Origin: an uncultured Candidatus Saccharibacteria bacterium
GTDB taxonomy: Bacteria; Patescibacteriota; Minisyncoccia; Phycocordibacterales; UBA2100
NCBI GenBank assembly: GCA_964648335.1
Contig: CAZYLZ010000007.1
Coordinates: 1,034-65,033 of the forward strand
Length of the DNA: 64,000 nucleotides
Direction: 5' to 3'
Shown here: piece after piece, positions 1 through 7,659 of the stretch
How positions within the stretch are numbered: position 1 is the first letter of the stretch
Layout of the letters: each line of letters opens with the position of its first letter
Notes under the pieces: generated by a model
What the model was told of the DNA's origin: nothing
What the model saw: the letters and a program-made list of their open reading frames with translations, nothing else
The model's database searches: none
Made by a program: the position numbers and the translations under genes

Positions 1-1
1 C

Positions 2-1501
2 GTCGCGGGCATCCTCGTCATTGCGGGAATCACGTTTTGGTTCGCAGCGGGCTCGACCCCTAAGGATTCGACGGTTGTCGCGACCGTGTCGGACGTAGTA
101 CAAAAAGTATCCATAACCGGAAAGACACGTTCGGCGCAGGCGGTGACGTTAGGCTTTCCGACCACCGGAAAGATTAATCATGTCTACGCACTTGCCGGCG
201 AGACGGTCCGTGCCGGGTCTCCGCTCGTTTCAATAGACGCCGACGAACTTAGGGCAAGTCTCGCACAAGCACGCGCATCGGCCGAGGCGGCGAGCGTTGG
301 CTTAAGCGAACTCAAACGTGGCGCGCGCCAAGAAGACCTGCAGGTCTCGACCGCCAAGGTGCAAAGCAGTGCGGCCGCACTTGCCGACGCCGAAGAGGCC
401 GTCACCGTCGAGATGTCTCGCGCATACGCCGTAAGTGCCGACGCGCTCTTTACCACGATCGATCAGCTCTTTTCTAATGCGCGCACCAATCCGCGGCTTG
501 CATTTGCGGTAAGCGATTCGTCTTTGACGAGTACCGTCGAGGATACACGACGCGCGCTCGGGCCCGAGTTCGCTGCATGGAATTCGAGCATCAAGGCGGC
601 CGCAAGCCCCGACAAAGAGCTCGAGCAGACCACCGCAGAGCATCTAGTGCGCATGCAAAGCTACCTCGATTCGATAACGCTTTCTCTCAATGCGGTCGTG
701 ACCGGCTCGGGCACGACACAATCGCAGGTCACTGCCTGGCAAGCATCGGTAACCGCCGCTAAGGCCAGTATCAATGCCGAGATTGCGGCGTTTCAGGCAG
801 CACGCGATGCACGCAACCGCGCACGCGAGGCGCTTGCGGTCGCCACATCAGAAGCAGGAAAGACCTCGGCCGGAAACTCGGTCGAGTCGATCATGGCGCA
901 AGAAGCGCGCGTAAAGCAGTACCAAGCGCAGGTGACCCAGATCGAAGCGGCGCTTTCAGAGACGACACTCATGTCTCCGGTCGACGGTGTCGTATCGCGC
1001 CAAGACGCAAAGATAGGGCAGATCGTCACACCCGCTGCGTCGGTCGTGTCGATGATCGGCGACTCGCCATTAGAGCTCGAGGCCTTTGTGCCCGAACTAT
1101 CCATCGGCAAGATAGCGCTGGGGAACGCGGTCGTCGCAACCTTCGATGCATATCCGGACATCACCGCAGAAGGAAGCATCACGTACATAGATCCGGCCGA
1201 GACCGTGATCGACGGCATATCGAACTACAAGATAAAGGTCGCGCTCAAAGCTGCCGAGCCGCGGCTGCGCAGTGGGCTCACCGCCAACATAACTGTCATA
1301 AGTAATGCAAAGAAAAATGTCGTGACCATCCCTAGTTATGCGATATCGATAACCAAAACAGGGAAGAGCGCACAGGTGTTGCGCGACGGCAAAGCTGTTG
1401 AAGTGCCTATCATCACCGGGCTCGTGGGCCAAGACGGAACGACCGAAGTGGTAAGCGGCATCGGTGCAGGCGATGCTGTCGTGGTTCCGTTCATTCAGTA
1501 G
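2..1501 (+). CDS. Efflux periplasmic adaptor / membrane fusion protein (HlyD family); 5' end lies upstream of the window
   Basis: The frame stays open back to position 2 and reads VAGILVIAGITFWFAAGS (membrane anchor). This is followed by a biotinyl-lipoyl-like hairpin, a long coiled coil and a beta-barrel C-terminus, as in MacA/EmrA/HlyD adaptors. The ORF track starts it at GTG 86. Confidence 0.7.
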   Translation, partial: VAGILVIAGITFWFAAGSTPKDSTVVATVSDVVQKVSITGKTRSAQAVTLGFPTTGKINHVYALAGETVRAGSPLVSIDADELRASLAQARASAEAASVGLSELKRGARQEDLQVSTAKVQSSAAALADAEEAVTVEMSRAYAVSADALFTTIDQLFSNARTNPRLAFAVSDSSLTSTVEDTRRALGPEFAAWNSSIKAAASPDKELEQTTAEHLVRMQSYLDSITLSLNAVVTGSGTTQSQVTAWQASVTAAKASINAEIAAFQAARDARNRAREALAVATSEAGKTSAGNSVESIMAQEARVKQYQAQVTQIEAALSETTLMSPVDGVVSRQDAKIGQIVTPAASVVSMIGDSPLELEAFVPELSIGKIALGNAVVATFDAYPDITAEGSITYIDPAETVIDGISNYKIKVALKAAEPRLRSGLTANITVISNAKKNVVTIPSYAISITKTGKSAQVLRDGKAVEVPIITGLVGQDGTTEVVSGIGAGDAVVVPFIQ

Positions 1502-1519
1502 TGTGTCTATACAAAGAAA

Positions 1520-1558
1520 CCCTCAGCGACATCGGATGATGTGCTGAGGGTGTTTGAT
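1520..1558 (+). terminator. Hairpin ccctcagc..gctgaggg followed by a T-rich tail, downstream of the HlyD-like gene
   Basis: 8-bp GC stem seen directly, followed by tgtttgatg. Confidence 0.45.
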
Positions 1559-1837
1559 GAAAGAACACAGGTGTCATTCGGCCGTCTGCGGCCGCGATCG
1601 TTTGATTATTTTTCTCTTGGGTCGCTCGGACGACGCTCGTACATGCGAGCCGTGTGCGGGCGTCGCCTCGTCGTCGAAGTCGTCGTGGTGCCGGTATGAG
1701 CGGACGGGGCCGCGCGGCACGGTCGGCGTGGCATGTTTGTACCTATCGTCGACTCCAGACATGTAGTCCTCCTTTGTTGATTCCTGCCAGGCAATACTGT
1801 ACTAATTTTTACATGCATGGTCAAACGGTCATGAAGC

Positions 1838-1869
1838 ACAAGTAAAGGCCGCCTCATCTCGAGGCGGCC
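1838..1869 (-). terminator. Hairpin ggccgcctc-atctc-gaggcggcc with a U-tract on the minus strand
   Basis: Perfect 9-bp stem followed (on the minus strand) by tttacttgt, just 3' of the minus-strand gene ending at 1878. Confidence 0.55.
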
Positions 1870-1877
1870 TGAATGAA

Positions 1878-2390
1878 CTATGTCGTAAATGCGTGGGCCA
1901 AGAGCCACTCCCGTTGCTCAGGATCGAGACACTCGAGGTCGTCGAGCGACAGCTCGGGAACTTTGGGCTCGGTGACCGGCATCGCCTTGATGGCCTGTGG
2001 GCGCACCGTTCGGTAGCGCCGGCACTGCCACTGTTTGCCGATGTTGGTACGATGCCGCACGGGACTTCTCCAATGGACGACTTCTTTCTTGCGCGGCACC
2101 GGGTCGTTGAAGGTGCCATGCGCCGGGAAGATGGTGTCCGGATCGCGCTGCATCTCGGCGATCTCTTCGTCCGAGTATTCGCGGTCGCTCCGGTAGTCAT
2201 CGCCGAAGCGCTCGATCAAGAGCGCTATATCGGGCTCTCGCTTTGGCTGCTTGGGGCGCGGCAATCGTTCGAGTGCGTACGATGCTGCCGACTCGTAGTC
2301 TCGAAAGACACGATCTTCGACGGTGATTCCTTGAACCCAGTCTTCTCCAGATGCGTAGGTCTCGACTTGTTGCTGCGAGCTTTCCTGCAT
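1878..2390 (-). CDS. Hypothetical acidic protein (170 aa)
   Basis: Intact ORF with GGAGG 7 nt upstream of the ATG and a flanking terminator. No family recognised. Confidence 0.5.
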   Translation of the reverse strand: MQESSQQQVETYASGEDWVQGITVEDRVFRDYESAASYALERLPRPKQPKREPDIALLIERFGDDYRSDREYSDEEIAEMQRDPDTIFPAHGTFNDPVPRKKEVVHWRSPVRHRTNIGKQWQCRRYRTVRPQAIKAMPVTEPKVPELSLDDLECLDPEQREWLLAHAFTT

Positions 2391-2436
2391 CTAACGTCCT
2401 CCGTGTTGCTTCTTTTTTACCAGCGGCGATTATACT

Positions 2437-2964
2437 ATGCATTACGTAAGTGTCAAACACGTTGCGGGCGCATCGGCGCACATGCAGGCGGTGCTGTGCC
2501 TTGGTATGCTATGCATCATGATACAAAACCTGTACTCGCAACACACAGCGCCGGGGCTCCATGCCGTCCCGCATTACCATGGGGATCACGTTCGGCAGAT
2601 CTTTCTCGCCTGTGCGCTCGTACTCATCCTCGCTATCCCGCTCATCGGCGCTGTCGTCCCGTACGGTCCTCTGGTACAGGTGGTGGTCGCCCTCGTCTAC
2701 GTGGCGCTCGCCGGGATCACGAACCCACATAGCACCGTCATCTTGTGGTGTGACGTAGCGGCTGCTGCCTTCGGCATCGTCGTGCTCGAGTTCACGGCAC
2801 TCTCGGCCTATGAGACCGATTCCACGACGCTCTTTGTGGTACGCGAGGTCATGGTGGTGGCGCTCTTCTTTGCGTTCTATTTCGGTATCAAGACTTTGCG
2901 TGCACGCGTTTTGGGACGCCTCGGCAAGCCCGACACCCGGGTCGACCTCGAAGAACAGTCGTAA
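2437..2964 (+). CDS. Hypothetical integral membrane protein (4-5 predicted TM helices)
   Basis: Strongly hydrophobic helices (LACALVLILAIPLIGAVV, VVVALVYVALAGI, VVALFFAFYFGI). The overlapping antisense ORF 2509..3051 is low-complexity and charged. The start codon is uncertain. Confidence 0.45.
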   Translation: MHYVSVKHVAGASAHMQAVLCLGMLCIMIQNLYSQHTAPGLHAVPHYHGDHVRQIFLACALVLILAIPLIGAVVPYGPLVQVVVALVYVALAGITNPHSTVILWCDVAAAAFGIVVLEFTALSAYETDSTTLFVVREVMVVALFFAFYFGIKTLRARVLGRLGKPDTRVDLEEQS

Positions 2965-2970
2965 GAAAAA

Positions 2971-2997
2971 CCCCCGTACCACATGTGGGTACGGGGG
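2971..2997 (-). terminator. Hairpin cccccgtacc-acatgtg-ggtacggggg between convergent genes; U-tract on the minus strand
   Basis: 10-bp perfect stem. The minus-strand transcript has a UUUUU tail, and the cupin gene ends at 3002. Confidence 0.6.
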
Positions 2998-3001
2998 AGG
3001 C

Positions 3002-3553
3002 TTAGCGCCAGTGCTGGACCAGGTAGCCAGTCTTTCCAAAGAGCGGATCATTCTCGGGCTTCGGCACGCCCTGCAGGTTCATGAGAGCCGTCTCGCGCAT
3101 TGCGGTAGCTACGCGCTGTCCGATGATCATGTCGTACCCAGTTCCATTGGGGTACATCCCGACGATTGCAAAGTCGGCAGATGCACCGAGGTTCTGGTGA
3201 CCGACTCCGGCCGGGATGACAACAAAGTCTCCTTCGCGGATCATGATCTCGGTTCCCAAGATGCTTCCGCCAAACTTGATCTTTCCAGATCCAGAGACGA
3301 CGGCGAGCGCCTCGTGCGCTGTCGAGTGATAGTGGACGCGACTGTAGATGGTCGACATCCACTTTACCTTCCAGCCGTTCTCGTGCACCATCTCTTGCAG
3401 TTCGTCGACAGGCCTTATGAGAGGATCGGAAAACGAGGGGAGCACTTGTCGGTACACGAGTACGGGCAAGCGCGAGTTGGGTATGATGCCATCGTCCTTA
3501 AAGACGAACTTTTCGACGACGGTAGGCTTGCGTACGTTGAGTGCGGTAGGCAT
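3002..3553 (-). CDS. Cupin-domain protein (YjlB-like)
   Basis: The N-terminus KFVFKDDGIIPNSRLPVLVY and the cupin-core motif VIPAGVGHQ match the YjlB cupin family. The start is taken at the internal Met (MPTALNV), which best matches the family N-terminus. Confidence 0.6.
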   Translation of the reverse strand: MPTALNVRKPTVVEKFVFKDDGIIPNSRLPVLVYRQVLPSFSDPLIRPVDELQEMVHENGWKVKWMSTIYSRVHYHSTAHEALAVVSGSGKIKFGGSILGTEIMIREGDFVVIPAGVGHQNLGASADFAIVGMYPNGTGYDMIIGQRVATAMRETALMNLQGVPKPENDPLFGKTGYLVQHWR

Positions 3554-3658
3554 GACTGACTCCGAATGACTGACGTCTCCGTCCGTTATACCGCAGAATC
3601 CGCCGAGCACAACCATCGATACGTGCACAATACACGAGGCCTGCGGTATACTCTCTGC

Positions 3659-4342
3659 ATGCAAAAAATAATCGCCACTCTCATAGTCTTACTCGTTGCT
3701 GTATCTGCGTTCTATTACTGGTCGCATCCGCAGGCACCACAAGCGGCGATCACGAACGACTTTTACAGCACCACGACGCCTGCGGTCGCCGACGTAGCTC
3801 CAGTTTCACCTGCCGCAGTGCCTGCAGCCGCACCGGCCGCACCAGTAGCAGCGCCCCAGGCCGTCTCGCACGCGACTATCAAGACAAATCTGGGCGACAT
3901 CACGCTCGAGCTCTTTGCAAAAGACGCGCCCAACACCGTGGCCAACTTTGCAAAACTCGCAACGAGCGGCTTTTATGCCCAGACCAAGTTCCATCGCGTC
4001 ATTGCCGGCTTTATGATCCAGGGTGGCGATCCATTCTCGAAAGACGACACCAGGCCCGAGCTCTGGGGTCGTGGCGGTCCGGGCTACAAGTTCGATGACG
4101 AGCTGTACCCTAACAACCACAACGTTGTCGGCACCATATCGATGGCGAACTCGGGGCCCAACACTAACGGCAGCCAGTTCTTTATCAATGTCAACAACAA
4201 CACCAACCTCGACGGCAAGCATACCGTCTTTGGCAAGGTCACGGCGGGTATGGATGTCGTAAAGAAGATCGAGTCCGTGCAGACAGCTGGCGAAAATCGA
4301 CCGGTAACGCCCATGGCGATCGAGAGCATCTCGGTCTACTAA
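3659..4342 (+). CDS. Cyclophilin-type peptidyl-prolyl cis-trans isomerase with an N-terminal membrane anchor or signal and an Ala/Pro-rich linker
   Basis: Motifs FHRVIAGFMIQGGD, GTISMANSGPNTNGSQFFI and KHTVFGKV are diagnostic of cyclophilin PPIases. The start is taken at MQKIIATLIVLLVAV (a TM segment). Confidence 0.85.
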   Translation: MQKIIATLIVLLVAVSAFYYWSHPQAPQAAITNDFYSTTTPAVADVAPVSPAAVPAAAPAAPVAAPQAVSHATIKTNLGDITLELFAKDAPNTVANFAKLATSGFYAQTKFHRVIAGFMIQGGDPFSKDDTRPELWGRGGPGYKFDDELYPNNHNVVGTISMANSGPNTNGSQFFINVNNNTNLDGKHTVFGKVTAGMDVVKKIESVQTAGENRPVTPMAIESISVY

Positions 4343-4345
4343 AAG

Positions 4346-4376
4346 AAAACCGCCGCCATACAGGTATGGCGGCGGG
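4346..4376 (-). terminator. Hairpin ccgccgccata-caggt-atggcggcgg; terminator of the first DjlA-like gene
   Basis: Perfect 11-bp stem. The minus-strand tail is UUUUCUUUU. Confidence 0.6.
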
Positions 4377-4378
4377 GG

Positions 4379-4918
4379 TTAGATCTTGCGGCTGCGCAGA
4401 TACATCGCGTATTCGTACGCCTGCTTGATCATGTCGAACTTCGTATTACTTCCGAGTCCGTCGGGAGCCGTATCGGGGTGATACTGGCGTGCCTTGCATC
4501 GGTAGGCCTCCTTGATTGTCTTCTGCGAATCGGCGGCCGTAATGCCGAGGATGGCGTGACAGTGCGTTTCTGCGTAGTTCTGCGGAGCACGCTTTTTGGG
4601 CTCGGGCCGCAGATGCCGTGTTCGCGCATCGACTTCGTCTTCGAACTGTTTGAAGTCGCGCATAACGGCCTCGGCTTCTTTTGCCTTGGCTGCCTCATCG
4701 GGGCTCACGTAACCCGGGCGAAACCGCGGCGACCCGCGCGTACCGCCAAGGTTCGGTGCTGTCCGTCTGCTATACCTAGGCTGATTTGCCTTAATAAAGC
4801 GCCAACACAGCGAGAAGAAGAGCCATGAGCAGAACATCGGCAAGACCACCCAGATATTGTTCTTGAACACGCTCATGAGGAGCATGAACACAATCATGTT
4901 TACGAGGAAGTATCCCAT
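4379..4918 (-). CDS. DjlA-like membrane protein with a C-terminal J domain (copy 1)
   Basis: N-terminal TM helices. The C-terminus reads ILGITAADSQKTIKEAYRCKARQYHPDTAPDG..FDMIKQAYEYAM, a J domain with the HPD motif. Confidence 0.7.
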   Translation of the reverse strand: MGYFLVNMIVFMLLMSVFKNNIWVVLPMFCSWLFFSLCWRFIKANQPRYSRRTAPNLGGTRGSPRFRPGYVSPDEAAKAKEAEAVMRDFKQFEDEVDARTRHLRPEPKKRAPQNYAETHCHAILGITAADSQKTIKEAYRCKARQYHPDTAPDGLGSNTKFDMIKQAYEYAMYLRSRKI

Positions 4919-5035
4919 GGGAACCTGCTTTCTGTAGGGCAGGGAACTGCCGCGGTTGATCGGGCTCGCGCGATTAAACCACGTTTTATACCAAATAGCA
5001 ATCTATTGGATACAGCGCCAACAGTGCGCAGTGGT

Positions 5036-5073
5036 GCAAAGAAAACCGCCGCCATACGCATGTGGCGGCGGGG
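5036..5073 (-). terminator. Near-identical copy of the 4346..4376 hairpin (ccgccgccatac-gca-tgtggcggcgg)
   Basis: Part of the tandem duplication. U-rich tail on the minus strand. Confidence 0.55.
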
Positions 5074-5075
5074 GA

Positions 5076-5591
5076 CTAGGGCTTTGCTTTATGGCGCATT
5101 TCGAGGTATTCGTACGCCCTGATCACCTCGGTAAACTTGGTGGCGTCGCCTTTGCCATCTTTGGCGACGTCGGGGTGGTACTGGCGCACATTTCTGCGAT
5201 ACGCCTTTTGGATCTCCTTCCACGACGCATCGCGCCGGACCTCTAGTGTGGCATACGGATCAAACTGGGGGCGTACCTGATCTGCAGGGCGCCACCCATT
5301 TTGCCCGTAATAATTCGCGTCTCTTCGGTGCCGCTGCAGCATTTCGCGGAACATCTCGATTCGCTCGGCCTCCCGCGCTGCCGCATCTTTGGTCTGCTGC
5401 GTCTTTGTGTCGGGCGTCTTATGAGCCATGCCCACCAAGACGACCACGACCAAGAACGCCGAGAATGAGCTGAACATCATCCAGAGCGCCATAGCCGAGA
5501 GAAAGCCGATGCCCAAGAAAGAAACGAGCATCCAGGCGATCAGAGCATTGCAGAGAAGTGCGATTGCGACAATTTTTTCGAACCAAAACAT
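5076..5591 (-). CDS. DjlA-like membrane protein with a C-terminal J domain (copy 2, paralog)
   Basis: The C-terminus IQKAYRRNVRQYHPDVAKDGKGDATKFTEVIRAYEYL is a J domain with HPD. The N-terminus has TM helices. Same architecture as 4379..4918. Confidence 0.7.
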   Translation of the reverse strand: MFWFEKIVAIALLCNALIAWMLVSFLGIGFLSAMALWMMFSSFSAFLVVVVLVGMAHKTPDTKTQQTKDAAAREAERIEMFREMLQRHRRDANYYGQNGWRPADQVRPQFDPYATLEVRRDASWKEIQKAYRRNVRQYHPDVAKDGKGDATKFTEVIRAYEYLEMRHKAKP

Positions 5592-5675
5592 TGCGAACCT
5601 GCTTTCGGGTTAGGCCAAGGGCCGGGTGGTTCTTGCTGCATCTATTAAAACACAAATATATAAATAATAGCAAAA

Positions 5676-5702
5676 CCCCCGTACCGGTGTGCGGTACGGG
5701 GG
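5676..5702 (-). terminator. Hairpin cccccgtacc-ggtgtgc-ggtacggggg; same stem sequence as 2971..2997
   Basis: 10-bp perfect stem, U-rich on the minus strand, 3' of the small gene ending at 5707. Confidence 0.55.
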
Positions 5703-5706
5703 TTTC

Positions 5707-5910
5707 TTAGCGCTTGGGGACTACGACGTCGCCTGCAGAGTAGCCGTCGGGGTTAAAGACGGTGTCGAGGCGCGAATGCGCGCACTGCGGGCAAAAGCAG
5801 TAGAGGATGCCTTTGCCCTCGGGCGTCTTTTCGACCATGGTTATCACGTAGCGGTGCATGCAGTCGCGTTGCCGCAGGTAGGTAACGACGGTACCGATCG
5901 TTTTGTGCAT
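5707..5910 (-). CDS. Small Cys-containing hypothetical protein (67 aa; zinc-ribbon-like CxxC plus HxxxC)
   Basis: Strong RBS GGAGGGAACC immediately upstream of the ATG. Sequence MHKTIGTVVTYL..CFCPQCAH. Confidence 0.5.
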   Translation of the reverse strand: MHKTIGTVVTYLRQRDCMHRYVITMVEKTPEGKGILYCFCPQCAHSRLDTVFNPDGYSAGDVVVPKR

Positions 5911-5968
5911 GGTTCCCTCCGATGTCTGTCGGTATTGTATACCGTTGTAATGCTGCGCGACAATACGT

Positions 5969-7013
5969 CTACAGCGCGACGATCTTTTCCCACGGAAACT
6001 CATCGCGGCCAAAGTGTCCGTACGCTGCCGTTGCCGCAAAGATAGGACGGCGCAACCCGAGCCGCTCGATTATTGCTTGCGGTCGAAAGTCAAACTTCTT
6101 CTCTACATCGGTTATCCGCTCGCCATGCTCGTTAACCGCCTCGACCATCACGGGCTCTGCGCGCCCAATGGCATACGCCACCGACACGAGCGCACGCTCT
6201 GCGTATCCGTTTGCCACCAAGTTCTTTGCCGCAAAGCGTGCCATGTATGCGGCCGATCTATCTACCTTGGTCGCATCTTTTCCGCTAAAGGCGCCACCAC
6301 CATGCGGAAACAGTCCGCCATAGGTATCGACCATGAGTTTGCGACCAGTAAGTCCGGCATCGGCTGCAAAGCCACCTTCGACAAACCGCCCCGTCGGGTT
6401 TACCAAGAGTTCTATCCGGCTAACATCGCCCAACACCGGCTCGAACAGGTGAGTAACGAGCGCACGATGTATCTCGTCTTGCGAGGTATCTTCTGCATGC
6501 TGGGTACTTACGAGTGCGGTCGCAACGACTCCGTCTTTGATGGTTACCTGCGTCTTGCCGTCGGGGCGCAACCACTCAAGTGTTTTAGCAGTGCGGAGCT
6601 CCTGGAGCTTTTTGGCAAGCGCATGTGCGAGCACCACACCCTGCGGCAGGTACTGCGGCGTCTCGTTGGTGGCATAGCCGTACATGATGCCCTGATCGCC
6701 CGCACCACCCGTATCTACTCCCATCGCAATGTCGCCCGATTGCGCTGCAATATGCTCGAGTATCGTAAGGGCATCGTCGTAGCCGATGCGTCTATATACA
6801 CCTTCCGCTATCGCCTTGTAATCGACCGTTGCGTTGGTTTTTACCTCGCCACCTAATACGAGTATGCCGTGGCTGCCAAAGGATTCGACCGCAACGCGAG
6901 TACGGGTCTTGGGTCAAGCAGGCGTCGAGAATTGCGTCCGAGATTTGGTCGCACACTTTGTCGGGGTGGCCTGCGGTTACCGATTCTGTCGAGTAGGTGC
7001 TAAATGTCTGCAT
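5969..7013 (-). pseudogene. metK: S-adenosylmethionine synthetase (MetK) interrupted by a frameshift near 6895-6905
   Basis: The N-terminal ORF (6792..7013) reads [39 protein letters not shown], then leaves frame. The neighbouring frame continues [42 protein letters not shown]... into the C-terminal ORF (5969..6724) with the motif GGGAFSGKD. Loss or gain of 1-2 nt at ..gacccgtactcgcgttgcggtc.. restores one 348-aa MetK. Confidence 0.8.
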
Positions 7014-7024
7014 ATAAAGGGTCC

Positions 7025-7185
7025 GCGCACGGATAATAAATAAACTCCTTCTCAGGAGCGTGCGCGTTTATCTTCCCCCGAGAGGGGTTTGGATGGGGCA
7101 CCTTCTAGAGACCGTAGTCGCTATGGGTTGCCGGCGGTTCGTAGAGCCAAAACTCTCCCCGCACTCTTGATACATATTTCCGACC
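7025..7185 (-). promoter_or_regulatory. SAM-I (S-box) riboswitch in the metK 5' leader
   Basis: The minus-strand RNA reads AUCAAGAGUGCGGGGAGAGUUUUGGCUCUACGAACCGCCGGCAACC...GGUGCC...CCCCUCUCGGGGGAAGAUAAAC. This matches the S-box consensus (AUCAAGAGAGG.GGAGGGA.UGGCCC.AUGAA.CCCGGCAACC ... GGUGCC ... AGAUGAG). A downstream helix CGCGCACG/CGUGCGCG encloses CUCCU..AGGAG, an SD-sequestering structure, just before the metK AUG. Confidence 0.6.
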
Positions 7186-7195
7186 TAATTCTAGA
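7186..7195. repeat. 10-bp direct repeat TAATTCTAGA (left copy) at the edge of the low-GC island
   Basis: An identical 10-mer recurs at 10567..10576, just past the other end of the low-GC block. Confidence 0.35.
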
Positions 7196-7310
7196 GTACA
7201 AGAAGTTCATGTAACAAACAAGATGCGCGTCAAAATAAAAGGCGATTGCTGATCTGGTGGTGATCTTCCGTGCATTTCCCAAAAACGAAGATGTATGGGA
7301 CTATTCATTC

Positions 7311-7658
7311 ATGAAAAGTCTTGAAGAACTAACGCGGGAAATAGTGGCGTTCAGAGACGCTCGTGATTGGAAGCAATTCCATAACCCGAAGGACCTGGCT
7401 ATTTCGTTGGTCTTGGAAGCAACAGAAGTGCTTGAACATTTCCAGTGGAAGAATACAGAAGAAATGTCTACCCATGTCCAGGCAAATAAAACAGATATTG
7501 GCGAAGAACTTGCAGATACCTTGTATTGGATAATCCTTATGTCGAACGATCTTGGTATAGATATTCTCGAGGCACTTGAGCGTAAGATGATTAAAAATAG
7601 CGTTAAGTATCCGGTAGAAAAAGCAAAAGGGAAGCATACCAAGTACAGCAATTTATAG
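7311..7658 (+). CDS. MazG-like nucleotide pyrophosphohydrolase (all-alpha NTP-PPase)
   Basis: LEELTREIVAFRDARDWKQFHNPKDLAISLVLEATEVLEHFQWK..EELADTLYWIILMS is the MazG/YpjD-type EExxE/D signature. GC is about 42%, versus about 60% for the surrounding genome. Confidence 0.7.
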   Translation: MKSLEELTREIVAFRDARDWKQFHNPKDLAISLVLEATEVLEHFQWKNTEEMSTHVQANKTDIGEELADTLYWIILMSNDLGIDILEALERKMIKNSVKYPVEKAKGKHTKYSNL

Positions 7659-7659
7659 C

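Noticed and set aside
2509-3051. 180-aa minus-strand ORF antisense to the membrane-protein gene
   Set aside because: It is charged and low-complexity (HHHD, RDDSADERDSEDE) with no RBS. The sense strand encodes convincing TM helices and is followed by a terminator.
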